NCBI GenBank assembly: GCA_016791045.1
Contig: JAEUNO010000019.1
Span: 137,532 to 201,531, forward strand
DNA length: 64,000 bases
Direction: 5' to 3'
From: Methyloversatilis sp.
GTDB lineage: Bacteria > Pseudomonadota > Gammaproteobacteria > Burkholderiales > Rhodocyclaceae
The position numbers and the translations under genes are program-made. Every line of letters begins with the position of its first letter. The stretch's first letter is position 1. The notes under the pieces were generated by a model. It made no database searches. It was not told where the DNA came from and was given only the letters and a program-made list of their open reading frames with translations. Below, in pieces: positions 17,403 to 25,502 of this stretch.

Positions 17403-18161
17403 ATGCTTCAGGTCGATACCGCACGCGAGCGGCGTGCCCAGCGCAATCTCAGCGTCACGCTGGCCAATTGCGAATCCGAAATCCTCGCGGCGCAGAAACT
17501 GCGCTGGCGCGTATTTGCCGAGGAACTCGGCGCGCGCCTCGACACGCCGACGCACGGCGTGGACAGCGACCGCTTCGATCCGCACTGCGACCACCTCATC
17601 GTGCGCGATGACGACAACGGCCGCATCGTCGGCTGCTACCGCATCCTGGCGCCCGACGCGGCACGTCGCACCGGCGGCTACTACTCGGAAACCGAATTCG
17701 ACCTCGGGCGGCTCGATCACCTGCGCTCGCAGATCGTCGAGATCGGCCGCTCCTGCATCGACCCGGACTACCGCAGCAACGCCGCGGTGATCGCGCTGCT
17801 GTGGTCCGGCCTCGCGCGCTATCTGCTCGACGGCGGCTACCAGTACCTGATCGGCTGCGCCAGCATCAGCATGGCTGACGGCGGTCACAACGCGGCAGCG
17901 ATCTTCAACAGCCTGAGCGAGCGCATGGCGCCGCCCGAGTACCGCGTGTTCCCCAAGGTACGCCTGCCGCTGGAACGACTGACACCGCATCCGGCCTGCG
18001 TCGTGCCGCCGCTGGTCAAGGGCTACCTGCGCGCCGGTGCCGACGTGTGCGGCGAACCGGCCTGGGACCCGGACTTCAATACGGCCGATCTGCCGCTGCT
18101 GCTCACCCTGTCGCGGCTCGATGCGCGCTATGCCAGGCACTTCGTGCAGCGCGCTGCCTGA
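17403..18161 (+). CDS. olsB: Ornithine-acyl-ACP N-acyltransferase (GNAT/hemolysin-like, lyso-ornithine lipid synthase)
   Basis: 252 aa. AQKLRWRVFAEELGARL, DRFDPHCDHLIVRD and GRIVGCYRIL. Followed by an OlsA-type acyltransferase gene. Confidence 0.85.
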   Translation: MLQVDTARERRAQRNLSVTLANCESEILAAQKLRWRVFAEELGARLDTPTHGVDSDRFDPHCDHLIVRDDDNGRIVGCYRILAPDAARRTGGYYSETEFDLGRLDHLRSQIVEIGRSCIDPDYRSNAAVIALLWSGLARYLLDGGYQYLIGCASISMADGGHNAAAIFNSLSERMAPPEYRVFPKVRLPLERLTPHPACVVPPLVKGYLRAGADVCGEPAWDPDFNTADLPLLLTLSRLDARYARHFVQRAA

Positions 18162-18221
18162 GCCGGGCACCGTCGTCGAACCATCGGGCAAGCCATCAGG
18201 CAGAATGCGAGGACACGCGCC

Positions 18222-19091
18222 ATGTCACTGATCGATATCTCGGCCGACTTTTTCGACGCATCCGCCTTGACCTTCGAAAGCCCGCCCGCCCGTCAGCCCG
18301 TCAGCAACGCCTCCGACCGCGGCCTGCGCGCCGGGCTGCGCATGAGCTGGCGCATTTCACGTCTCGCCGTGCATCTGGCCGACGGCTGCGCACGCGTGGC
18401 GCTGATCTATCCGCTGGTGTCGGCGCGCACGCAACGCAAGATCAAGGCGCAGTGGTCACGCCGCCTGCTGCGCGTGCTCGGCGTCGACCTGCAGGCCGGC
18501 GGACCTTTGCCGCGTCCGGGCCAGTTGCTGGTGAGCAATCACATTTCGTGGGTGGACGTGTTCGTCATCAATGCGATTTCGCCGCTCGGCTTCGTCTGCA
18601 AGGACGAAATCCGCAGCTGGCCGGTACTGGGCTGGCTGGTCGCGCGCAACGAAACGGTGTTCATCCGGCGCACCAGCCGCAACTCCGCGGCAGAGGTGCG
18701 CAACACGCTGGTCAGCGCGTTGAGCTGCGGCCGCAGCGTCATGGTGTTTCCGGAAGGCACGACGACCGACGGGCGCAGCGTGCTGCCGTTTCGCGCCGCG
18801 ATGTTCCAGGCGGCGATCGACGCCGGCCGCGCGGTCAAGCCGGTCCGCCTGCGCTATCTGGACGCGCACGGCGAGCTGTCCGAAGCCGCCCTGTACATCG
18901 GCGACACCACCTTCTGGCAGTCGGTGTGCCGGCTCGCGCGCGCACCGCGCACCGTGGCACAGGTCGAATTGCTGCCGTCGCTGCCCACGCACGGCCATAC
19001 ACGCCAGCATCTGGCCCGCACCACGCACGCCACGGTGTCCGGCCTCGAAGTCCCGGGCGCTGACAGCGATCCGGCCGAACCCGCAAACTGA
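18222..19091 (+). CDS. olsA: Lyso-ornithine lipid O-acyltransferase (PlsC family)
   Basis: 289 aa. HX4D motif SNHISWVDVFVI and VFPEGTTTDG. Sits directly after olsB. Confidence 0.8.
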   Translation: MSLIDISADFFDASALTFESPPARQPVSNASDRGLRAGLRMSWRISRLAVHLADGCARVALIYPLVSARTQRKIKAQWSRRLLRVLGVDLQAGGPLPRPGQLLVSNHISWVDVFVINAISPLGFVCKDEIRSWPVLGWLVARNETVFIRRTSRNSAAEVRNTLVSALSCGRSVMVFPEGTTTDGRSVLPFRAAMFQAAIDAGRAVKPVRLRYLDAHGELSEAALYIGDTTFWQSVCRLARAPRTVAQVELLPSLPTHGHTRQHLARTTHATVSGLEVPGADSDPAEPAN

Positions 19092-19100
19092 CGCTCGGGC

Positions 19101-19121
19101 GGGCGCCGTGAGGCGGCGCCC
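19101..19121 (+). terminator. GC-only hairpin after olsA (terminator-like, no U-tract)
   Basis: GGGCGCCG (19101-19108) pairs with CGGCGCCC (19114-19121), 5-nt loop. Separates olsA from the TIR-CHAT gene. Confidence 0.3.
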
Positions 19122-19189
19122 GGTCTATACTCGGCTCGCCTGCCAGAACGGATGACCGGTCGGTCGTCGGGCAGCGCCGGAGCCAGCCG

Positions 19190-21835
19190 TTGAAGATCTT
19201 CCTGTCCTACGCGTCGGAAATCCGCACGCGTGCCGAAGGCGTGAATGCCGCGCTGCAAGCCGCCGGACACGACGTATTCTTCGACCGCGAAGACCTGCCG
19301 GCCGGTCTGAACTACGACGACCGCATCCGAAGTGCCATCGAAAGCAGCGACCTGTTTGTGTTCCTGCTGTCGCCGGCAGCGGTTGCCGAAGGCCACTACA
19401 CCCGCACCGAACTGAAGATCGCCCGCCGCCGCTGGCCGGACCCGGCCGGCCACGTGCTGCCGGTGATGGTGGACGCGACGCCGTTCAGCGCCCTGCCGCC
19501 CTACCTGGGTTCGGTCACCGTACTGGTGCCGGAAGGCAATCTGGCGGCCGAGGTCGTGCTGGCGGTGGCCGATATCGAGCGGCTGCCGTCCCCTGCGCCG
19601 GCCGACCCCGCGGACGCGGTCCCGCCCCCGCCCGACATGCCCGACGCCGCACCCACCTATGCCTCGCTGAAGGTGCGCTTTTCCTATGCCGAGGCCGGCC
19701 GCTACACGGTGGACATCAACAGCCCGCCGGCGGCCGACGGATTCAGCGGCGACTGTGCGATCGACGCACCGGCAATCGAGGACGCGATGCGCGGCGCACC
19801 GGTTGGCGACACCCTGCGGCGCCCCCCCGGCGCACTGGCCCACAATGGCCTGCCCACGGCCGCTCAGGCGCGCGACGCCGGCACCCTGCTGTACAAGGCC
19901 CTGTTCGGACCGACCCTGCGACCGGGCATCGAGAACAGCCTGCGCGGCATCGATCCTCAGCAGGGCAAGGGCCTGCGCTTCGTCATCGACACCACCGACA
20001 CGCCGGAACTGGGTCGCCTGCCCTGGGAATTCCTGTACAGCCCGGAGAAGGACGACTTCCTGTTCTCCGACCGGATGAAACCGGTGGTGCGCTGGCTCGA
20101 CGTCGACGAACCCACGCCGACGCTGAGCATTTCGCCGCCGCTGCGCGTGCTCATCGCATTCGCCGCTCCGGGCGGTCTGGCGCCCTTGAGCATCGGCGAC
20201 GAACTGGCGCGGCTCGACCAGGCGCTCGCGCCGCTGACCAAGCGCGGCCTGATCGGCATCACGCGGCTGGAGAACGCGACCCTCGAGCGGCTCGACGAAG
20301 CGCTGCTGACGGTGCGCCCGCACGTGCTGCATTTCATCGGTCACGGCGACTTCAACGGCGGCGACGGTCTGCTGCTGCTGGAAAGCGACACACCGGACCG
20401 CGCCCCGGACCCGCTGACCGGACGCCGGCTCGGCGTGCTGTTGCGCAATCATCTGGCCAATCTGCGGCTGGTGTTCCTGAACAGCTGCATGGGTGGCGCG
20501 GTATCGCCGGTCGACCCGTTCGGCGGCATCGCGCAGACGCTGATTCGGCGCGGCGTGCCGGCGGTGATCGCGATGCAGTTCGCGATTCCGGACAAGGCCG
20601 CGGTCGAACTGTCGCGCCACTTCTATCGCTACCTGGCCGCCGGCCAGCCGGTGGATGCCGCGCTCACGTCGGCACGCGCCTTCCTGTTCGCCCGCGGGCA
20701 CGAGGTCGAGTGGGGCGCACCGGCGTTGCATATGCGCTCGCCGGACGGACGGCTGTTCTCGATTGCCGCCCCCGCGGTTGTTCCAGCTGCCCCCGCCCCC
20801 GCCGTTGTTCCACCCGCCATCCCGGTGGCCCTGCCCGCCGCCGAACCGGAGGCGGCCGGCCGTCAGCCCGCCGCGCCAGCCCCCGCTGCGCCGACCGTCG
20901 CGCCCGGACGTGCGCCACCCGCGCCGGCCCCCGAGCCGGAGTCTGCACCCGCCGCGGCGACGGCACCGACCGCCGCACGTTCGTCCCGGATCCTGCTGTA
21001 CGGTGCGCTCGTCATGCTGGCGCTGCTGGCCATCGGCGTCGTACTGCTGACCTTCAGCGCGTCCGAAGATGCGCCCTCTTCCGGCGAGCTCGCCGGCACG
21101 GCGCCGGCGGCCCAACAGGCAGCCCAACCCGAAACAACAGAGAAGCGCGCCCGCCGCGCAGTGGCCCAGGCGATCGCGCAGCTGCAAGCCGGCAACGATG
21201 TCGCCGCGGCCGCCACACTGCAGGAACTGCTGCAGCGCGATCCGGGTGCGCTCGAACCGGCGTGGCTCGGTGCGGACGCACAGCGCCTGAGTGCGCTGCT
21301 GCGGGACGCCTCGCAGCGTGCCGCCGACCCGGCGCTGGCCATGCTGTTTGCGCAACTGTCCGGCTCGGTGGGCAATGTGGCCGCCAGTGCGGGTGAGCCG
21401 CCCGATGCCGCCGTCGGATCCGAGATCGAACCGGCCGCGGGCGCCTTCCAGGGCGAAGCGCTGTACACGGTGCGCCGCGGCGACACGCTGGAGGGCATCG
21501 CGAAGCGGCTGCTCGGTGACGCGCGGGAATGGACGTTCATTCTCGACCGGCACAATGCCGCCAGTACGGTTGTGCCCGGACTGCGTCTGATCAATGACCC
21601 GGATTTCCTGCTGGCCGGTGAGTATCTGGCCGTGCCGGTGACCGAAGACGACGCCGGCCTGCCCGGATGGCCTTACCACGTGCAGCCCGGCGATACCCTG
21701 TGGGGCATCGCAACTCGCATGTACGGCCAGGGTCGGCTCTGGCCGCGCATCGCGGACGCCAACGCCGACCGGGTGCCCGACCCCTCCCGTCTTCAGCCCG
21801 GCCTGCTGCTGTTCGTCCCCGCCCCTGCGCGCTGA
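19190..21835 (+). CDS. Single-pass membrane protein: N-terminal TIR domain, CHAT (caspase-like) domain, Pro/Ala linker, TM helix, two C-terminal LysM domains
   Basis: 881 aa. TTG start with SD GGAG (19179-19182) at 7-nt spacing. TIR: MKIFLSYAS...DVFFDRED...SDLFVFLLSP...TRTELKIA (candidate catalytic E74, nt 19409-19411). CHAT: VLHFIGHGDF (H385, nt 20342) and LVFLNSCMGG (C433, nt 20486). TM: ILLYGALVMLALLAIGVVLLTF (nt 20990-21055). LysM1 YTVRRGDTLEGIAKRLLGD (from nt 21464) and LysM2 YHVQPGDTLWGIATRMYGQGRLWPRIADAN (from nt 21674). Confidence 0.85.
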   Translation: MKIFLSYASEIRTRAEGVNAALQAAGHDVFFDREDLPAGLNYDDRIRSAIESSDLFVFLLSPAAVAEGHYTRTELKIARRRWPDPAGHVLPVMVDATPFSALPPYLGSVTVLVPEGNLAAEVVLAVADIERLPSPAPADPADAVPPPPDMPDAAPTYASLKVRFSYAEAGRYTVDINSPPAADGFSGDCAIDAPAIEDAMRGAPVGDTLRRPPGALAHNGLPTAAQARDAGTLLYKALFGPTLRPGIENSLRGIDPQQGKGLRFVIDTTDTPELGRLPWEFLYSPEKDDFLFSDRMKPVVRWLDVDEPTPTLSISPPLRVLIAFAAPGGLAPLSIGDELARLDQALAPLTKRGLIGITRLENATLERLDEALLTVRPHVLHFIGHGDFNGGDGLLLLESDTPDRAPDPLTGRRLGVLLRNHLANLRLVFLNSCMGGAVSPVDPFGGIAQTLIRRGVPAVIAMQFAIPDKAAVELSRHFYRYLAAGQPVDAALTSARAFLFARGHEVEWGAPALHMRSPDGRLFSIAAPAVVPAAPAPAVVPPAIPVALPAAEPEAAGRQPAAPAPAAPTVAPGRAPPAPAPEPESAPAAATAPTAARSSRILLYGALVMLALLAIGVVLLTFSASEDAPSSGELAGTAPAAQQAAQPETTEKRARRAVAQAIAQLQAGNDVAAAATLQELLQRDPGALEPAWLGADAQRLSALLRDASQRAADPALAMLFAQLSGSVGNVAASAGEPPDAAVGSEIEPAAGAFQGEALYTVRRGDTLEGIAKRLLGDAREWTFILDRHNAASTVVPGLRLINDPDFLLAGEYLAVPVTEDDAGLPGWPYHVQPGDTLWGIATRMYGQGRLWPRIADANADRVPDPSRLQPGLLLFVPAPAR

Positions 21836-21942
21836 GCCCGTCACCCCCCGTTGACCCCGATCAAGGGCCGGACACCGCGTGCGCGTACTGTGGAACTGAC
21901 GCGCAACATCCATGCTGCGCGCGGCTTTCAGGGGGGAAATTG

Positions 21943-22449
21943 ATGATCCAGTACGTCACGGGCGACATTCTGCTGAGCCAGGCTCAGGTCATTGCGCACG
22001 GTATCGCGCCGCAGGAACACTTTGACCACGGTCTCGCGCTGGCGCTGCGCGAACGCTGGCCGTCGATGGCGCGCGACTATCGACACGCGCAGCGCGGCCA
22101 GCATCTGGATGCCGGCACCGTATGGTCCTGGGCCGGCGTGGACAGCGACGGCAGCACGCGCACCATCCTCAATCTGCTGACACAGAAGATGGTGGGTGAG
22201 GGTCCGGCCGCACGACCCGGCAAGGCCACGCTGGAATCGGTCAACCATGCGCTGAAGGCGCTGGCGCGCTATGCCGGCTCCACCGGTGTCACCAGCATCG
22301 CACTGCCACGACTGGCCACGGGTGTCGGCGGGATGGACTGGGCGGACGTGAAGCCGCTGGTCGAACAGCATCTGAGCCCGCTGGGCGTTCCCGTCATCGT
22401 CTACGAGACCTATCACCCGGGCGTGGCTGCAAACGAACGACTGACCTAG
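21943..22449 (+). CDS. Stand-alone Macro domain protein (ADP-ribose binding/processing fold)
   Basis: 168 aa from ATG 21943 (G-rich SD GGGGGGAAA). MIQYVTGDILLSQAQVIAHGIAPQEHFDHGLALALRERWP...VTSIALPRLATGVGGMDW. The 5' extension of the track ORF (from 21667) overlaps the previous gene and looks non-coding. Confidence 0.85.
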   Translation: MIQYVTGDILLSQAQVIAHGIAPQEHFDHGLALALRERWPSMARDYRHAQRGQHLDAGTVWSWAGVDSDGSTRTILNLLTQKMVGEGPAARPGKATLESVNHALKALARYAGSTGVTSIALPRLATGVGGMDWADVKPLVEQHLSPLGVPVIVYETYHPGVAANERLT

Positions 22450-22504
22450 CGGAACGCCGGGGTCTGCTGGCTCGGGGATCTGTTGGCCGGGAGGTTTCCC
22501 CGCC

Positions 22505-24046
22505 CTAGAGCCGGTCGAGGTTGTCCAGCATCGCAGCCGCGCGGATGCGGAGTGCGCTGCGCTCCGCATCGCCGATGCGCTGCAGATTCTTCACCATCAG
22601 CGCGGTGCGCGGATTGCCGGCGAAGGCCGCCTCATGGCGATCGAGGAAATGCCAGTACAGCGTGGTGACCGGACAGGCGCGCTCGCCGGTGCGTTCGGTC
22701 GGCTTGTAGCGGCAGCCGTCGCAGTAATTGCTCATGCGCTGGATGTAGGCGCCGCTCGCCACATAAGGCTTGCTGGTGAAGCGGCCGCCATTGGCATAGA
22801 GGGTCATGCCGGCGACGTTCGGCAATTCCACCCACTCGACCGCATCGACATACACCGCCAGATACCAGTCCTCGACCTGCTGCGGTTCGATCTCCGCCAG
22901 CAGCGCGAACTGGCCGGTCACCATCAGCCGCTGGATGTGATGTGCGTAGCCATACTGCAGCGTCTGGCCGACGGCGGCGCGCATGCACTGCATGTGCGTG
23001 TCGCCGGTCCAGTACCAGCGAGGCAGTGCGCGCATGTGGCCGAAATGGTTGGCGGCGCGCAGACCGGGCATGTCGAGCCAGTACATGCCGCGGATGAATT
23101 CGCGCCAGCCCAGCACCTGGCGCACGAAGCCCTCGACCGACTGCAGGGGCAGCCGGTGCAGGCGCATCGCCTCGACCGCCGCCGCGATCACTTCGCGCGG
23201 GTTGATCAGCTTCAGGTTCAACGCCGCGCTGATGCGGGCGTGCCAGAGCCAGGGCTGGCCGGTCCACATCGCGTCCTGATGGTGACCGAACAGTTCGAGC
23301 CGGTGTTCGACGAAATCGGCGAGCGCGGCAAGGGCATCGGCGCGGGTGACCGGCCAGTCGAACGCTGCGGTGGAGCCGGGGTGATCGGCAAAGCACGATT
23401 CGACCAGATCGATCACGCCGCGCGTCACATCATCGGGCGCAAAGGCGAGCGGTGGCGGCACGAGACCCGGGCCGCGCTTGCCGAAACCTGCCCGATTGTC
23501 GGCGTCGAAATTCCAGCGCCCGCCCGCCGGCTCGCCGCCCTCCATCAGCACGGCGTGGCGTTCGCGCATGTGCCGGTAGAAGAACTCCATGCGCGGCTGC
23601 TTGTACTTGCGCGCCCAGTCGGCGAAACCCTGGCGCGACATCATGAAGTGCAGGTCGTCGCGCACATCGAGCGTCATTCCGCTGTCGGAACACCGCACAC
23701 GGATCGCCTGCTCCAGCCGCCACTCGCCCGGCTCGACCAGCACCAGCTTGCGCGGACGATGCTGCGCGAGGCGCGCCGCGAGGATGTCGACCAGCACCGC
23801 GTCGTCGTCGTCGCCCAACGCGCGGTAATCCACCGTCCAGCCGCGTGCGCGAAGGTCCTGCGCGAAGTGCCGCATGGCCGACAGGAACAGCGCGCTGCGC
23901 GCCTTGTGGCTCCAGACGTGGGTCGATTCGCCGGCCGCCTCGATCATCAGCACGGCATCGCACGCCGGATCGAAACCTTCGAAGGCGGCGGACTCCGCAT
24001 CGAGCTGGTCGCCCAGCACGAGTACCAGATGGCGCAGTTCAGCCAT
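22505..24046 (-). CDS. Cryptochrome/photolyase family protein of the Fe-S type (FeS-BCP, PhrB/CryB-like (6-4) photolyase)
   Basis: 513 aa. N-terminal LVLVLGDQLD. C-terminal Cys cluster YCDGCRYKP...ACP, as in Fe-S cluster-bearing bacterial (6-4) photolyases. Confidence 0.85.
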   Translation of the reverse strand: MAELRHLVLVLGDQLDAESAAFEGFDPACDAVLMIEAAGESTHVWSHKARSALFLSAMRHFAQDLRARGWTVDYRALGDDDDAVLVDILAARLAQHRPRKLVLVEPGEWRLEQAIRVRCSDSGMTLDVRDDLHFMMSRQGFADWARKYKQPRMEFFYRHMRERHAVLMEGGEPAGGRWNFDADNRAGFGKRGPGLVPPPLAFAPDDVTRGVIDLVESCFADHPGSTAAFDWPVTRADALAALADFVEHRLELFGHHQDAMWTGQPWLWHARISAALNLKLINPREVIAAAVEAMRLHRLPLQSVEGFVRQVLGWREFIRGMYWLDMPGLRAANHFGHMRALPRWYWTGDTHMQCMRAAVGQTLQYGYAHHIQRLMVTGQFALLAEIEPQQVEDWYLAVYVDAVEWVELPNVAGMTLYANGGRFTSKPYVASGAYIQRMSNYCDGCRYKPTERTGERACPVTTLYWHFLDRHEAAFAGNPRTALMVKNLQRIGDAERSALRIRAAAMLDNLDRL

Positions 24047-24197
24047 GCGGCACGCCCTTGCGACGGCAGGCGTCGGAACAGTACTTCACCTGCTCCCAGT
24101 TCTTCGCCCATGACTTGCGCCAGGTCATTTCGCGGCCGCAGGCGACGCACGGCCGGCTGGGCAGAGACTGCTTGTTGCCTTTGAAGTGCAGGGTCAT
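24039..24197 (-). CDS. DUF2256 domain-containing small zinc-ribbon-like protein (below the ORF-track length cutoff)
   Basis: Hand translation gives 52 aa: MTLHFKGNKQSLPSRPCVACGREMTWRKSWAKNWEQVKYCSDACRRKGVPHG. This shows the CxxCGR...WRK.W...W..V.YCS..CR signature. Its stop overlaps the photolyase ATG (ATGGCTGA). Confidence 0.8.
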   Translation of the reverse strand: MTLHFKGNKQSLPSRPCVACGREMTWRKSWAKNWEQVKYCSDACRRKGVPHG

Positions 24198-24379
24198 GGC
24201 GTGCCGGGAAGAACAGAACGAGACGAAGACCGGTTAAGCCCCGGCGGGTTTCACGACGCAGGGGATTTTTTGCCGTGTGCGGTCACCCACCCGGACGAAT
24301 TGCGGAAATCCGATACAAATCACAGCTCAAGCTCCAGCCTGAAAAGGCGTTAAAAATGCACGATACCCGCTGAGCGACG

Positions 24380-25498
24380 ATGAAGAACGCCCCCCTACCC
24401 GCCAACGAAGTAAAACGTCTGCACGCGCTGCACCGCCTCGACCTTCTGGATACGGAGCCGGAACCCGCGTTCGACGACGTGACGATGCTCGCGGCGCAGA
24501 TCTGCGGCACGCCGATCGCACTGGTGTCGCTGGTGGATGCCGAGCGGCAGTGGTTCAAGTCGCGTTGCGGACTGCAGGTGTGCGAAACATCGCGCGAGGT
24601 GTCGATGTGCGCGCATGCCTTCACCGAACCGGACGGTGTTCTCGTCGTGCCGGATGCAGCGCTCGACGAACGCTTCGCCGACAGCCCGCTGGTGGTCGGC
24701 GAACCATACATCCGCTTCTATGGCGGTGTGGTGCTGTGGTCGCCGGACCGGCTGCCGCTGGGCGCGCTGTGTGTGATCGACCATCGGCCGCGTACGCTGG
24801 ACGCGTCGCAGCAACGCGCACTGAAGGCACTCGCGCGACAGGCCGAGGCGCAGATGCATCTGCGGCTGCGCGTGCGCGAACTGCGCGAAACATCACTCGC
24901 GCTGCAGCGCCAGAAATCGCGCCTGATGCAGCAGCACCACGCACTGGAAGAGCGCTGCGAACAACTTGCGGTCGAGGCCCGCGTCGATGCGCTGACCGGG
25001 GTCGGCTCGCGGCGCGACGCGGACCATCGACTCGGCGATGAATTCCGCGTCGCTCTCACGCTGAACCTGCCGCTGTCGGTCGCACTGATCGATATCGACC
25101 GCTTCAAGCAGGTGAACGACACCTACGGCCACGCACGGGGCGACGAAATGCTGCGTCAGGTCGCACGAAAGCTGGCGTCGGAATTGCGCAGCGACGACTA
25201 TCTCGCGCGTTTCGGCGGAGAGGAATTCGTCGTCATGCTGCCCAACACGCCGGCCGAACTGGCGCGGAAGATTTCCGAGCGCCTGCGCCTTGCAGTCGAG
25301 ACAGGACCGTGGCAAGCGCCGGACGAACTGACGGTGAGCATCGGCTTCGCATGCGCCGACGCGCACGCGGACTCGATAGAAACCCTGGTCGCAGCAGCCG
25401 ACGCCGCGCTCTACCAGGCCAAAGGCAATGGCCGCAACCGGGTGGTGGCGGCAAATGACATGCCAGCCGGCCAGAGCCCACTTCGGGTCGTACGCTGA
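24380..25498 (+). CDS. GAF-domain diguanylate cyclase (GGDEF) with I-site
   Basis: 372 aa. GAF-like LDTEPEPAFDDVTMLAAQICGTPIALVSLVD, a coiled-coil segment, then RSDDYLARFGGEEF, an RxxD I-site five residues before GGEEF. Confidence 0.9.
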   Translation: MKNAPLPANEVKRLHALHRLDLLDTEPEPAFDDVTMLAAQICGTPIALVSLVDAERQWFKSRCGLQVCETSREVSMCAHAFTEPDGVLVVPDAALDERFADSPLVVGEPYIRFYGGVVLWSPDRLPLGALCVIDHRPRTLDASQQRALKALARQAEAQMHLRLRVRELRETSLALQRQKSRLMQQHHALEERCEQLAVEARVDALTGVGSRRDADHRLGDEFRVALTLNLPLSVALIDIDRFKQVNDTYGHARGDEMLRQVARKLASELRSDDYLARFGGEEFVVMLPNTPAELARKISERLRLAVETGPWQAPDELTVSIGFACADAHADSIETLVAAADAALYQAKGNGRNRVVAANDMPAGQSPLRVVR

Positions 25499-25502
25499 GC
25501 CC

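Noticed and set aside
13979-17404. 1141-aa minus-strand ORF across the Gx transporter, ubiX, STAS and kinase-phosphatase genes
   Set aside because: It crosses four independent plus-strand genes with clear family motifs and their intergenic regions. A real gene would not do that. It has no motifs of its own.
18854-21913. 1019-aa minus-strand ORF antisense to the TIR-CHAT-LysM gene
   Set aside because: The plus-strand frame carries TIR, CHAT, TM and LysM signatures in a coherent order, with an SD-preceded start. The antisense product is Arg/Gly-rich and featureless.
19092-22504. Calling the TIR-CHAT/Macro locus part of a defence island or a mobile element
   Set aside because: No integrase, transposase, tRNA target, flanking direct repeats or neighbouring known defence genes are visible. 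Only the two-gene unit itself is supported.
22634-24184. 516-aa plus-strand ORF antisense to the photolyase and DUF2256 genes
   Set aside because: The minus-strand frames give a full-length photolyase and a textbook DUF2256 peptide. The plus-strand product has no motifs.
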